The notes: generated by a model not told the origin, from the letters alone. 64,000 nucleotides of DNA from Octopus bimaculoides (GCF_001194135.2 NC_068981.1:177236969-177300968), one strand, 5' to 3'. Positions 11,991 through 25,325 are shown, numbered from the stretch's first letter. A program made the numbers and translations.

Positions 11991-14900
11991 ACTCTTCTGA
12001 GTTCAAAGTATGAAGAAGACAATTTGTGATGAAGCTCAGCATTGTACTTCATAAAAATTGTCTGCATTATTTCATAACTTATTTTTTCTACCTTTTTTTG
12101 TTTGTAATATTCTTTTCATGTTGTGATGTACATTGGTTGAGTGCAAGGTAAAGTTGACCAAATCTAAAAAATTGCTCTTAAATTTGAGCCCTTGAGAAAA
12201 ACAGTTGTGTTTACTGTATTTGCTTGGCAGGCCGAAACTAGGTCTCACTTCTAGTTCACAATTTAAATATGATCAGTGCATGGAGAGGACATGCAAACAC
12301 TGAAAAGAAATTAAATGACCATGTGCCACTGGATGTGTAATATCAGTGTGCAAGAACAACAGAAACATAAATAAGCTGAGAGAAAGAGTAATATATCTCA
12401 AAACATCTTACATGAGATATTCTAACTCTGTCCAATGTAAAATAGAAAGGCAATACTCTGAAGTACCATTTTTTAATAACTGCCTTATGACATATCAAGA
12501 AGTTTGAGAAATCAGTCTTCCAAACAATGCTAAAATATATCTTCTTTAACAATCATACATGACATAGTTTGGAATCTGGGTGTGGCTTGGTAGAGATTAC
12601 CCCTATTTATATGTATTTCAGTTACTCAGTAAACAAAGAGAGCTCTGGAACAGATTATGTTCATATATAGTGGCTCTGCTGTTCATATTTATAGAAATCT
12701 TCTTGCATTTAATATGACAATATAATCTTCTAGCATTCATTCATAAATTCACTGTATAAAATTGGTCTTACGGATTCTTGTTTTATTGAAGTGGATGGCA
12801 TTCAGATCAACCAGGCTTTGATGTTACTACAGCCAGCTTTGTGTAAGATCTCATGCCTGGAGAATTGGTTTTACTAGTGTATCTACATAATTCATTGCAA
12901 GAAGAATGTGTTACAGATGTTTAATATGCCTGAAGTTCAAGGTCCAATTTAAATAATACACAATAATACTTTCACAGAAAGCAAAAAAGCTTTCCTTTTC
13001 CGTTATACTTTCATTTACATTAGAATAAGTTGTAAGCACAAAATGAATGTTTTCTTCAATTTTACATTAACCTTACATACAAGACAATTCACTTTATAAC
13101 TGCTATGACAGAGTAAATATAATGTTATCATTTCATGTTATATCATTATGTATTGATCTATGTTATCAGAGATCACCCTGGCCTAAAACATAAATACTGA
13201 TTAGGTATTCATACTTAATATGATTAACAGTAATACAAGTTCAAATTCAATACTATTCTTATAACAATGTTAGGATTAGATTTTTAAAAATAGAATGTAT
13301 TTCTTCTGAATTTGTGTTCTAATATTACCCTTTTACACACCTGCTGGTAAGCCATCACATGAAAAATATTTTATCACTGGCCAAATTTCCTTGTTCTTTC
13401 TTCAATCAGTACACACATACACAACACACACCTATGACAAGTAAATTAATTTTCTTTTTCCCTTCTTTTGCAGTGTTAAGAACTTATTATTTTATATAAC
13501 CCACTTTGGATCAGAAAGATTAGGACAGTGAGCAGCAGAGTACATTTATAATGGAAGTACACACATGGGAAATTTACCAAAAGAAAAAAGTTCCCAGAGG
13601 GTAGCCTCTTTCAGAATAAGAAACTATTTGTATTATTCAGTGTAAAATTTTAAAAAGAAATCTAAGTTCATATTGAAATGGGATAAAACAGGAAAATTCA
13701 AAAGGGCAGCATTTACTATAGTAGCTATTAACCCATTACCTACCAGTGATCTCATATGAGATCACTTAAAAATTACAAATTTCGTAATTATCTGTCAATA
13801 TTTACACATATTTAACCTTTTTGCTATATCTACTAGGTATATTTCTCTGATATTCAAATGAGGTTTGCTAATTTTTCACCCAATATCTTGCTTATTTCTA
13901 TTTAAAATGTTATTTTGAAATGTTATTTTGATCATTCCAGTGTGTTTCTAAGGCTGTTTTATGCTAGAAATCAAAGTTTCATAAAAAAATTAATAGAATT
14001 ATGGGAGGTAATGGGTTAAGAGAGTATACAAAATAAAAAGATGGTTCAAAATATATATAGAACTAATTTTTCAGGTTCCCTGAAAAGACTACTTATATCA
14101 ACCATGAACAGACAATGATTTTAAAAATAGAGAATGAGATGAAAGCTATTAATGAGATAAAATTGAACTGGAAAGATAAAGGATCCTGGATATGGTAAAG
14201 TTTATAGAAAGGAAGAAATAGGAAGGTGCTATTGGCAATTCTTACAACTATGTTATATATGGTTTCCAGAAAAGATCACAGAAAATAACTAGTATCTCTG
14301 TTATAAATTTCTTTTGCTCTGAGTCCCTTAATATTGCAGTGTAGTATAAATAACAATTTTAAAATAAGTCATGGTGATTGTTTCAAACACTTCTTATCCA
14401 TTTTTTTCATTTTTAAACACAGTTAAGAAACCCCACCAGCACCACCACCACCACCAAGAAATTACTTTGTTAATAATGTAATACCATTCAATATCAAAAT
14501 AGTAAAAGGTTAAAATTTTATAAAATAAAAAACACAGAAACAAAAAGTTAGGTCAAGAATGCCTATATAAGTATAATTTCCCAACAAGAAGCGTATTTAC
14601 ATTATCACACTTAAGTAACCTGGTTACATCAGCAAAATTAGAACAGTTTATCTTTTTATCTTTACTATAATGGAATTTATTCAAAAGGAAAGAAGTAGAG
14701 CTCATGATTTTTGCATGTCCTCTTGGGATAGTGAGGCTGATGTAGCTGATGTTCAGCTTGAATTTTTGAAGGTTAATGCCTATGGGAAAACATGATAAAA
14801 GAAGTTCCAGATAGTTGCAGTTCGAGAAATAACTGCTTAGAAAAACAGCTTTGTGCAGAGTTCATATTTGGTTGTTACAGAAAAGATATATGTGAATAAC

Positions 14901-15143
14901 CTGGTACACAATTTGCAAATTTAGAAAAAAGGAATCATAGCAGTAATGACAAAAGCAACACAATATATTTGGTATGCCATTAGTATTCATGTGTTATGTC
15001 AGTGAAGTGTGGCTATGTACATGTGTTACGTAAATATATTTGTGTATGTGTGTGTGTGTGTATTGATATGAATGAAATTACATTCAAAGCTGAAGGCTAT
15101 TTAACTGTAAATGATTTTATGCAATAATTAAAAGAAAAACACA

Positions 15144-15211
<68 letters not shown>

Positions 15212-15806
15212 TACACACAAACAAGGAGAGAATAAGATTTTTAAGAATCTCATGAATAATCTCAAGATTTGCTTGCTTTAAGAAGCTAACTTAATTCTTG
15301 AGACTGGTTGTAAACTGAGAAAGTTCTGTTATATACTTTTCTTAATATCTTTACGTAAAAAAAACAAAAAACAACTTATATGTTATCATCCTAACTAGAA
15401 ACAAAAATAAGCTTAAATGCAGTCCAGTACATTACTGGTATTTGTCAACCAAAAGGAGATGAAAGAAAAAGGTATCTCAAATTTGACTTCAGAACAATGA
15501 CAAATTAAACTACATATTCTAAAATGGCATGGCTTCATTGTATATGTTATGCAACATATTATTCTAAGATAGATTTAAGATTTTACTTCAGGAATTATTT
15601 TTGAATCAACGACCCTGAAGTAAAATACTGAGATTCTAGGACTTGAGAACTTAAAATTTTTTTCATCCCATAAGCAGAATTGAAAAATTCAGAGAACTTA
15701 TATTTTGACATTAAACAATTCATTGTAATTTTAATTTTTTAACTGAAATGTGTTTCACTATAACTCCTAGTACAGCATGTTTTTAAAAAAGAATTTCGTT
15801 TATTAC

Positions 15807-16580
15807 CTGATTAGAATCTCCAGGAGTCACTAATAATGTTTCTTGTTGTGAAAAACCATTAATGGTACAGTTTTGGTTCTGATCACCGTCATTGCATCCA
15901 GAATCCAATTTGGAAAGAGTTGCTGCATTTGATGCATCATCCATTTTAATTTTGTTGAAGTCATCAGAACCATGCTGTACAAACAATGGTTTTTCTGCAC
16001 CAGATTCCACAGATTTAGCATTCTCTGGAACTTTTATAATTCGTGAGCTGGTCTGAATCGCTCCAGGATGTCCTGGAGACAATTTCGAGACAGAGGCATT
16101 ATCAAAGTTTTCATTACTGAATTCATATGGATCATCATTTAAGTGTTGTCGTTGTTGATCTTGTTGCTGAGACTCAGGATCCTGTTTAGTCTGTTCTTCA
16201 TGCTGATGTTGATGCAGTTGCTCCTGGGGTGATGGTGTTGATGATAATTGCAGTTGTTGCTGTTTTTCACATACTTGTTGTTCTTCTAGTTGCTGTCGTA
16301 AACAAGATTGTTGTTCATCCACTTGATTCTGAAACGACTGTGTTGGGACTGATGAAATATCATTTACAGTTTCAATTGCACAAGTTTTCCCTGGATGTTC
16401 ATCATCCTCAGACTGAATGTTTGTTGTCAGATCACTGTCATTATCTTTATTTTCCAAAGAATCTTTACTTTCTAGTAGTGTAGCTTTTTCATCTTGTGAT
16501 GAAGGACATTCAGTTTGAGACAGGAGCTGCTCTGTGTTAAGAGTCCCACGATTTTCCACCACTGACTCTCCTCCATCCAT
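15807..16580 (-). CDS. Probable first coding exon of an unidentified host gene (acidic, Q-rich disordered N-terminus, 258 codons)
   Basis: Open frame MDGGESVVENRG...TPGDSNQ. Polypyrimidine acceptor TTTCTTTATTTTTAG| (exon starts 16605). In-frame TAA at 16601-16599 precedes the ATG at 16580. Phase-0 donor CAG|GTAATA at 15807/15806. No repeat-like motifs. Confidence 0.8.
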
Positions 16581-16770
16581 CACATCACTTTGAAAGCATT
16601 ACACACTAAAAATAAAGAAACAGACAAGAGATAGTGATACATATAAAACTATGACATTAAAGGGTTGAAAAGCAGGCTCAACCTATGAAATATAACAGCA
16701 GTTCTCTCTTGAATACAACATACCAACTTAAATAAAAAAGGAGATGTGTTTTATGGGAATAATGTACAAT

Positions 16771-16997
16771 TCTTTATTGCCCACAAGGGGCTAAACATAG
16801 AAGGGACAAACAAGGACAGATAAAGGGATTAAGTCGATTACATCGACCCCAGTGTGTAACTGGTACTTATTTAATCAACCCCGAAAGGATGAAAGGCAAA
16901 GTCAACCTCGATGGAATTTGAACTCAGAATGTAGCGGCAGACGAAATACCGCTAAGCATTTCGCCCGGCATGCTAACAATTCTGCCAGCTCGCCATC
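16771..16997 (-). mobile_element. tRNA-derived SINE, family B (Nin/Deu-like central domain)
   Basis: Reverse complement of GGCGAGCTGGCAGAA...CCTTTCATCCTTTCGGGGT...AAGTACCAG...AATAAAGAA. Confidence 0.9.
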
Positions 16998-17318
16998 TTA
17001 TGGGAATAATGTAGTCCTGGACACATCCTACTTTAAATAAAAGTAGAATGATCATAACTTGAATGTCTTTCATCATCAGTGTGCTGAGAACAGGATTTAT
17101 CTCAACAACATTGAAGAAAGTAAAATAGCTAATGAATTCTCATTATAATTACTAAAAATGTTGTTTTTTTTCTAAAGCAACATTAGAAAATATGAAATTA
17201 AATAGCTTTATCCTAAACTTCTTACATTTCTCATTTATAAAAAATAATACCAGTATAGAAGCCAGACATTAAATGATAATGGTGATGTTGGTGAAAGTGA
17301 TAACACAGAAAAAACTAC

Positions 17319-17417
17319 CTTATGGTATTCATCTAGTTACATCTCCTTTGTTCTCAGTTTAATCTTCCAGAGTTAATCAAATAACTAACAGTGAAGTACT
17401 GAACTAACTATGTCATC
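17319..17417 (-). other. Possible 99-nt non-coding (5'UTR) exon
   Basis: Acceptor ACATTTTGCAG|G and donor AAG|GTAGTT in unique sequence; splice motifs only. Confidence 0.25.
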
Positions 17418-18528
17418 CTGCAAAATGTGGTTTTGTGTCAATGTTAGGAATTATTACGGTCTCTAAACGGTTAGTGTAAACAAATTTCTATGCATCCTTC
17501 ACACATATAAACTATCCACTTACATCTACATCATAACTACACATTTAGTTCATTCATTCTATAAACTAACACAACTTGTATATTATAAACTGTTTAGGTA
17601 GTTTTCTTAGCTACAAGTGTAAATTGATGTAGAAATATAGAACAAGATTTTTATTTTCTGCTAGATGTTATTAATGACAGATTATGGATAAGATGCAAAA
17701 TACAACACAAATAAGTATATGATATAGTATTAAAATCATTAAGCCAACAAGGGAGATTTATTAAAATCACTTGATTTGCTATATACTAAAACAGCAACGA
17801 AATTTTCCTTCCAATCACATGCTGCAGTCTCAAAAAGGAAAGATAGATTAGGTAATATAGTTTCTGATATACAAAAAAAAAAAAAAAAAAAAAAGACAAG
17901 AGGCTTTTCATTATAAGTCTGCTCCATCAGGGCTGACCTGAGGGTTAAACAAAAAGAAGATAAATTTATCAACTGTTAGCTGACTTGTGAGGATTTTCCT
18001 ATGTTTGCTGTGATCTAGCACAAAGCATGATCTTAGCTATATCCACTTTAAACCTATAGACCAGATAGTTTACAACATAGAAATTATCATACTGTATATC
18101 TACATAAACATAGAGGTAGTGTAATTCTCTCTGTCTATCCATTCAGTTCTGCTTGCTGTTGCTACTTTTTCCAGAAGATAATTCATTTTTTTCCCTTTCA
18201 CTTTCTGCTTTTTTTCTTTTTTTTTGCTCTCTCTATCCTTAACTCTTTAAGTGCTACACTGGTTGGCTGTCTTCAACTTCTTTCTGTTATATTTTTATTC
18301 TCCTGGTCAAAAGACTGCTCTATATTTTTTCTCTCCATGTTAACTCTTGTATATTCTTGTCTTGCCTTAGTCATAAGACTATTTACATTTCTTTCTTGTC
18401 CCACCTGTGTCAAAAGACCACTCACTTGTCTTTTTCTGTTCCATCTCCTTATCATTTATTCTGTCATCTTGTCCTGCAGTATTTACTCCCAATAACTTCA
18501 AAGTTGTAGCTACTGAATACTAAACAAA

Positions 18529-18842
18529 ACTGGCACTCCATCGATTATGACGATGAGGGTTCCAGTTGAACCAATCAACAGAACAGCCTGCTGATTAAAT
18601 TAACGTGCAAGTGGTTGAGCACTCCACAGACATGCATATCCTTAGCATAGTTCTCAGGGAGATTCAGGGTAACACAGAATGTAACAAGGTCAGCACTTTG
18701 AATTACAGATGCAACTCATTTTTGACAGCTGAGTGGACTGGAGCAACGTGAAATAAAGTGTCTTGCTCAAGGACACATTGCACTAATGGAAATCGAACTC
18801 ATGACCTTATGATCATGAGTCGATTACTCTAACCACTAAACA
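18529..18842 (-). mobile_element. tRNA-derived SINE, head D + tail X
   Basis: Reverse complement of the 51869-52190 copy. Confidence 0.85.
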
Positions 18843-18904
18843 ATGGTTGATGAAGAGGATCCATTTATTATTTTATCATCTTATTTTGTAATGTCACAGT
18901 TAAG

Positions 18905-19890
18905 GGAATTTGTGGAAGAGGTAGACCCAGGAAGACCTGGGATGAGGTGGTGAGGCACAACCTTTGAACACTGGGCCTCACCGAGGCAAGGACTAGTGAC
19001 TGAGACTTTTGGAAATATGCTGTACTTGAGAAGACCTGGGAAGCCAAGTGAGACCATAACCCGTGGCCTATGCCAGTGGTGTAACCAGCCTATTTATGCA
19101 TTGCTTGCGAAGACCTGCTGAAGCAAGTGAAATCACAATCAAAACTAAATTCGCTGACGTGACCAATGACAGCACCGCTTGACTGGCACCCGTGCCAGTG
19201 AAACGTTAAAAGCACCATCCGAGTGTGATCGTTGCCAGGACCGCTGACTGGCTCCCGTGCTGATGGCACATAAAAAGCACCATTCGAGTGTGATCGTTAC
19301 TAGCGTTGCCTTACTGGCACTTGTGCCGGTGGCACATGAAAAACAACATTCGAGCGAGGTCGTTGCCAGTGCTGCTGGACTAGCTCCTGTGCAGGTGACA
19401 CATAAAATACACCATTTGAGCGTGGCCATCGCCATTACCGCCTGACTGGCCCTCGTGCCGGTGGTACGTAAAAGCATCCACTACACTCCCAGAGTGGTTG
19501 GCCTTATGAGGGGCATTCAGCTGTAGAAACTCTGCCAGATTAGATTAAGGCGGCGAGGTGGCAGAAATGTTAGCATGCTGGACAAAATGCTTAGCGGTAT
19601 TTCGTCTGCCGCTATGTTCTGAGTTCAAATTCCGCTGAGGTCGACTTTGCCTTTCATCCTTTCGGGGTCGATTAAATAAGTACCAGTTACGCACTGGGGT
19701 CGATATAATCGACTTAATCTGTTTGTCTGTCCCCTCTGTGTGTAGCCCCTTGTGGGTAGTAAAGAAATAAGAAACTCTGCCAGATCAGACTGGAGCCTGG
19801 TGCAGCCATCTGGCTCGCCAGTCCTCAGTCAAACCATCCAACCCATGTCAGCATGGAAAGTAGATGTTAAATGATGATGATGATGAATTC
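18905..19890 (+). mobile_element. RTE LINE 3' end interrupted by a SINE
   Basis: GRGRPRKTWDEVVRH, five ~65-bp 3'UTR units and a (GAT)n tail at ~19870-19887. Confidence 0.88.
19545..19769 (+). mobile_element. SINE family B inserted in RTE tail, 20-bp TSD
   Basis: Flanks AGAAACTCTGCCAGATTAGA (19525-19544) and AGAAACTCTGCCAGATCAGA (19770-19789). Confidence 0.92.
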
Positions 19891-20021
19891 ATTTATGTTT
19901 GTCTTTTCTTTTTGTCACTTTGCCCTAATAAAAATTGTTTTCTTTCACTCAGTTCTGTAAATTTTGTATGTTTATGTTTGGTTTCAATATTTATACTTCA
20001 CCAAGTGCATACATTTTCGTG

Positions 20022-20068
<47 letters not shown>

Positions 20069-20112
20069 ACGCACATGTGTGTGTGTGTATGTGTGTGTGT
20101 GTGTATCATCAC

Positions 20113-20815
20113 CATCATATCATCATCATTGTTTAACATCCGCTTTCTATGCTGGCATGGGTTGGACAGTTTGACATGGAGCTGGCTAGCAGGGAGCTGT
20201 CCAGATTCCAGCTGTCTGTAGCGGCATGGTTTCTATGGCTGGATGCCTTTCCTAATGCTAACCACTTAACAGAGTGCACTTGGTGTTTTTTACAGCAGCA
20301 GCACAGGTGTGTTAATGCAGCACCAGCACAGATGTTTTTTAAGTGGCACCGTCACCTGAAAGGACAAGTCTGTAAGTGTGGAAGACAGCGATTTTACTTA
20401 GCTTGATGTGTCTTATCAAGTACAGCAAATCACTACATCACCCGGTCTCTTATTTCCTCAGTAAGGCCCAGCATCCAAAGATGTCTTCCTGGATCTATCT
20501 CTTCCACAGGTACCCTCCACAATTAGAGCTCAGTAATTCTTTATGCAGCTGTCTTCATCCATATGCATCACATGACCAAACCAGCACAGTCTTCTCTCTT
20601 GCACACAACATCTGATGCTTCTTATACCCAGTTTTCCTTTTAAATCATTTACACTTTGCCATGCATGCACACTGACATTACTCATCCAGTGGAGTATGCT
20701 GGCTTCATTTCTTTCAAGCCTTCACATAAGTCCTCTGTAGTCAAAGCCCACATTTCATTGCCATGTAAAACAGCCGTATGTACAAAGGCATCATACAATC
20801 TGCTTTTCAATCGCA
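20113..20815 (-). mobile_element. RTE LINE 3' fragment
   Basis: (CAT)n tail plus reverse-complement 3'UTR and degenerate ORF2 C-terminus. Confidence 0.78.
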
Positions 20816-20879
20816 AGGAAATTTAAAGTATAAGAAATCTTAATACTTCAATAGATCTAGACACTGATTCTAAGTGTTT

Positions 20880-21067
20880 AAATGCACCCGTGCGATGCCA
20901 TGTAAAAGCACCCAGCACACTCTGTAAAGTGGCTGGTATTAAGAAGGGCATCTAGTTGTAGAAACCATGCCAAATCAGACTGGAATCTGGTGCAGCTCAC
21001 CACCTTTGGTCAAACCATCCAACCCATGCCAGCATCGACAACAGACATTAAATGATGATGATGATGA
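20880..21067 (+). mobile_element. RTE LINE 3' tail
   Basis: TAAAAGCACCCAGCACACTC...CCAACCCATGCCAGCAT...(GAT)n. Confidence 0.8.
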
Positions 21068-21419
21068 TTTATATATACAAGTGAATTACTTATGTACTAA
21101 TCCATCCTATCACTGTCTGGTCTACTTGGGTTTTATTACTGTAGTTAGTAGCTTCTAATAGATATAGCATACAATATAACATAATTATTGTTTTATACTG
21201 TAGAGTCATGAACAAAAGTATGACTACTTACATGTTTCTAGCAGGTCAATCATTTGTTTACTACATTAGTCACTTATATGATAAAGTAAAAGGCAATATT
21301 TGTGCAACAAGACAGGAATAAATGCAAGATACTTTTTATTCAGCCTGCTGGTTCACTGGTGATTTTTCACTGATATGCATATTTTTCATATATAATGTAT
21401 GTAAATTATACACACACAA

Positions 21420-21615
21420 GGCAGCAAGCTGGCAGAATCGTTAGCATGCCAGACGAAATGCTTAGCAGTATTTCGTGTGTCTTCACATTCTGAGTCCAAA
21501 TGCCGCCAAAGTTGACTTTACTTTCATTCTTTCGGGATTGGCTAAATAAGTACCAGTTAAGCACTGGGGGTCAATATAAACAATGTACTCCCTTCCCCAA
21601 AATTTCAGGCCTTGT
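21420..21615 (+). mobile_element. SINE family B (alternative 3' tail)
   Basis: Family B head and central domain, with tail CCCCAAAATTTCAGGCCTTGTGCC. Confidence 0.85.
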
Positions 21616-22281
21616 GCCTGTAGTAGAAAAGAAATTATACACACAGATATTTGATGGTCTTCCAGTTTCCATCAACCAAATTTCATTCATAAACCATTGA
21701 TAATAGAAAACACTTCCCCAAAGTGTTGTACAGTGGAATTGATTCTGGAACCAGATGGTTATGAAGCTTACAGTTATGCCAGTACTCTATTAACACTATT
21801 GGAACTTAGACAAAATATTTTTCTCTCTTAGTTCCAAACAGATGTTCTATTTAAATAAAAAGACAAGTAATACTGAACAAAGCTTGAGATACCACTACCT
21901 AATTTCAAACTACAGCTGACAAGTACCTTGGGTTACTGAGTTTGACACTGCAAAATTATCAAATTCAACCTCACACTTCAGATGGGAAAACTGACAGATT
22001 TCACAAAGAAACATTATTTTATAAATTTTATGAGCTAACTATTATTTATTTGTTTGTTTGTTGTTGTTTTTTATTTTTTGCTATTTTTTTTTTTCTTTTT
22101 GCAAAACAACAATTACCCCTTGTTCATACTTGCTAAAGGACTGGCTCTCTATGTTACAGCTAACTGGGACACTATAACTTTTTAGTGCCTTTGCTATAGA
22201 GGTTCAGTGAATTTATGACAACAAAAATAACATCTCTTTTTTGTTCTTTTATATTTCAAATGATTTTTTTCAGCACACACA

Positions 22282-22410
22282 CATGGCTGAGTGATTAAGA
22301 AGCTTGAGTTCACTCCCACAGTGACACTTTGGACAAGAGTCTTCTGCTAGAGCCCCAAGCTGATTAAAGCCTTGTGAATGGATTTGATAGATGGAAATTG
22401 AAAGAAGCCT
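22282..22410 (+). mobile_element. SINE family A, partial
   Basis: ATGGCTGAGTGATTAAGAAGCTT...GCCTTGTGAATGGATTTG...AAAGAAGCC. Confidence 0.75.
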
Positions 22411-22599
22411 GTCATATACATGTATATACATATATGTATGCATATACGCGCGCGTATGTGTGTGTGCATGCACATACACACACACATGAACGCACACACA
22501 CACACATGAACGCACACACACACACACACATGCGCGCAGGGGTACCTCCCAAATGTATAGACACTTTTATCAGCTGATAACTCAATTTTCATTTCTTTT

Positions 22600-24030
22600 T
22601 AGATTTAAGCCATTAGAGATAATGAAAGGAGCCAGACTAATCCTTGAACTAAGGAAATTTAGCCTGAGGTGCAAATGCAACTTTGAAACCACAGACAAAA
22701 TGCAAAGACAATTTAGGAGGGAGATTCAAATAGATCCACCTATGCAACATACATTTACTTGAATTGGAGAAGATAAGTTTGAAGCAGATGGAACTGTTCA
22801 GAATGACCACAAGAAAAGTTCCAGGACACTGTGGATAGCAATGAGCTCCACAAAGCAAGAAAGGGTACAAAAAACGAGTTATGCCAGAACCCCAGAAAAT
22901 ATGCGTAGCAAGTGGGATGCAAGATATGAATTTCAAAATCAAGCATCCATTGCATTTTGAAACACTGTAATTGGCAAAGTTACATTCCAAGTATGGCCCA
23001 TGCTCTCAATGAAGATGATCCAAGAGATTTGCGAGATATACAGATATGTTGTTTGAAAGTATAAATTAACAGCAAACTATACATTGTCTGTTCCATGATA
23101 CTCAAACTTTTCACAATATATTTTAGCCATCACTTGGTCACACCAGATGAAGCGCATTTTAACCTTTCTGATTATATTAATAAACAAAACGGTAGGTTTG
23201 GACAGGGGTTTTCAAACTGTGGTCCGCAGTCTGTGGACAGCAAATACTTTTTATGGGCAATTTGATTTTATATATGTTTTTTAATCGAAATCTTTTAATT
23301 GACAATAAACCTATTTGTTAAATACTGTTAAATAAATAAATGTAAAAATATATGTTATTTTAAGCAAATATTTATGTATAAATTTCATAAGCGTTTATAA
23401 GGGGGTCCCTAAGGTAAAGCCTGAAATATAAAGGGGTCCGCAAATCAAGAAGTTTGAAAACCCCTGGGTTTGGGGATTGTGAAAGTCCTCCATTCATCAA
23501 TGAAAGGCCTATGCACACTGAGAGGGTTACAGTGTGGTGTGCAGTGACTTATGCATGTATGAGTGGCCCTTACTTTTTTTGAGGACAAACATGGTGCAGC
23601 TGTAACAGTAACTGCTGAGCACTACAACCATATGTCAAAGACTTTCTTCTTTCTTAAGCTACAAAGACTTACCCTGACACAAATGTGGGTGCAAGAACAT
23701 GGTGTCACTAGTTATACAGTGTGACTGTCAATGACAACTCTTCAAGAACAATTCCCCAGACATCACATTTTGAGATTTGGTGATATCCACTGGCCATCCA
23801 GATCACCGGATCTAACCCCAGTGGATTACTTTCTGAGGAGTTACCTCAAGCATAGGGTATATGCAAGAAGGCCCCACACAACAGCGAAACAAAAACAAAG
23901 CATCTGTAGAAAGATTGCAGCCATTTCAGTTGATATGCTAAGCTGGAGTGTGCTTCATATGAGAAAGTGAGCTTGTGAATGTTCTCTTCATGGTGGTGAC
24001 CACTTCCAGATGTACTATTCAAATCTTAGA
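22600..24030 (+). mobile_element. Degenerate Tc1/mariner transposase, DD41D (rosa-like) family
   Basis: Motifs DEAHFNLSDYINKQN, VTVWCAV...GPYFFED and WPSRSPDLTPVDYF. There are 41 residues between the second catalytic position (mutated, QEHG) and the D of PVD. Confidence 0.85.
23203..23466. mobile_element. hAT-type MITE with 16-bp TIRs and 8-bp TSD
   Basis: TIRs CAGGGGTTTTCAAACT / AGTTTGAAAACCCCTG. TSD GGTTTGGA (23195-23202) / GGTTTGGG (23467-23474). Confidence 0.92.
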
Positions 24031-24435
24031 TAATATCTTAAACTTCTGTATATTAAGTTATGTAATAAATAATTTTGGTACTTTATGTCATTTTTATAAT
24101 CCAAGATACTAGCATTTAAAATGTGTCCCATCATTATGGCCTACCACCATCCAAAAAAAAAAAAGATAAACATATTGCCTCCACCACCATCCAAAAAAAA
24201 AAAAAAGATATATCTATGATTCTAATAGATAATATTATTGGACACTTCTTTCTTCTAATTCAAGAAATGATTGTCTCATTGCCACTCATTTCCTTGACAC
24301 TGATAAACAAATATAGCATACAGTAAAGATAATGCAAACAGGTTAGTTCAACATTAGACTTATGAAAATGTAGCTGTTACTATTTGATATAGTAACTAAT
24401 TCTCCACATTTAGAATACTAGGATACACTCTAGAG

Positions 24436-25060
24436 CAGGGGTTCACAAACAAAGGTGTGTGTGTACCCCTTTAGGGGTATGTGAAATTTGTGAAAACACT
24501 GGAATTTGAAGTAATCACAATCACCAATGGTGCACTCTTAAATTTACTAAACAGTGTTAATAATTTTTTTTTTTAATTTTCAAATATGTTGTTTGAAAGT
24601 ATAAATTAACAGCAAACTATACATTGTCTGTTTTATGGTATCCATAAAATGGTATCCACTTATTGTCTGTTCCATGATACTCAACCCTTTCACAATATAT
24701 TCCACATAAGACATGTGCCAACACTGTTGGACATGACGAATGGCTACACTGGAAGAAAAATTTGAGAATAGCTCCTCAAGAGGAAATCAATTTAATTGAT
24801 AACGAAACAAGCTGAGTCAACCTATACCTTATTCCAAAGTTGTATGGTATCATTTAGAAAGAACCAGAGAAATTAAAGGGCAAAACGAAGAACAAAATCT
24901 CATGAATTGTAAGCAAGAACTCCTTAGAACACGATACTTGACTGAACCCAGAGCTGTTTAACAAGTCTGTTAGAATAAGGACTTGGGAAGTGAAATATTT
25001 TGTATTCCAACCAAAATGGAAATTTCCCGATGGTAGGCCTCTGAAGGAAACAAACAAGTG
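24436..25060 (+). mobile_element. hAT (Charlie-like) element fragment
   Basis: Terminus CAGGGGTTCACAAAC followed by GTACCCC...GGGGTA; no second terminus found. Confidence 0.5.
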
Positions 25061-25093
25061 TAAAATTTATATGCAAAGAAATTAAATATTAGG

Positions 25094-25262
25094 CACAGGA
25101 GTGGCTGTGTGGTAAGTAGCTTGCTTACCAACCACATGGTTCTGGGTTCAGTCCCACTGCGTGGCACCTTGGGCAAGTGTCTTTTACTATAGCCTCGGGC
25201 CGACCAAAGCCTTGTGAGTGGATTTGGTAGACGGAAACTGAAGGAAGCCCGTCGTATATATG

Positions 25263-25293
<31 letters not shown>

Positions 25294-25325
25294 ATTTGTT
25301 TGTCTGTGTTTGTTCCCCCAACATC
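25094..25325 (+). mobile_element. SINE family A, young copy cut by N-gap
   Basis: GGAGTGGCTGTGTGGTAAGTAGCTTGCTTACCAACCACATGGTTCTGGGTTCAGTCCCACTGCG. Confidence 0.9.

Noticed and set aside
12773-12857. Possible minus-strand exon with AG/GT boundaries
   Set aside because: Stop codons in all three frames.
14640-14790. Possible next coding exon (minus acceptor TTTTCCCATAG at ~14780)
   Set aside because: Phase 0 hits TGA after 8 codons, and the flank resembles a decayed LINE.
18100-18480. Purine-rich minus-strand stretch resembling charged coiled-coil coding sequence
   Set aside because: Interrupted by stops and frame changes, no convincing splice sites, no recognisable motif.
19150-19490. CRISPR-like appearance of regularly spaced repeats (also 540-715, 36690-36975)
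   Set aside because: Whole units are homologous with no unique spacers, there are no cas genes, and the array lies inside an RTE 3'UTR in eukaryotic DNA.
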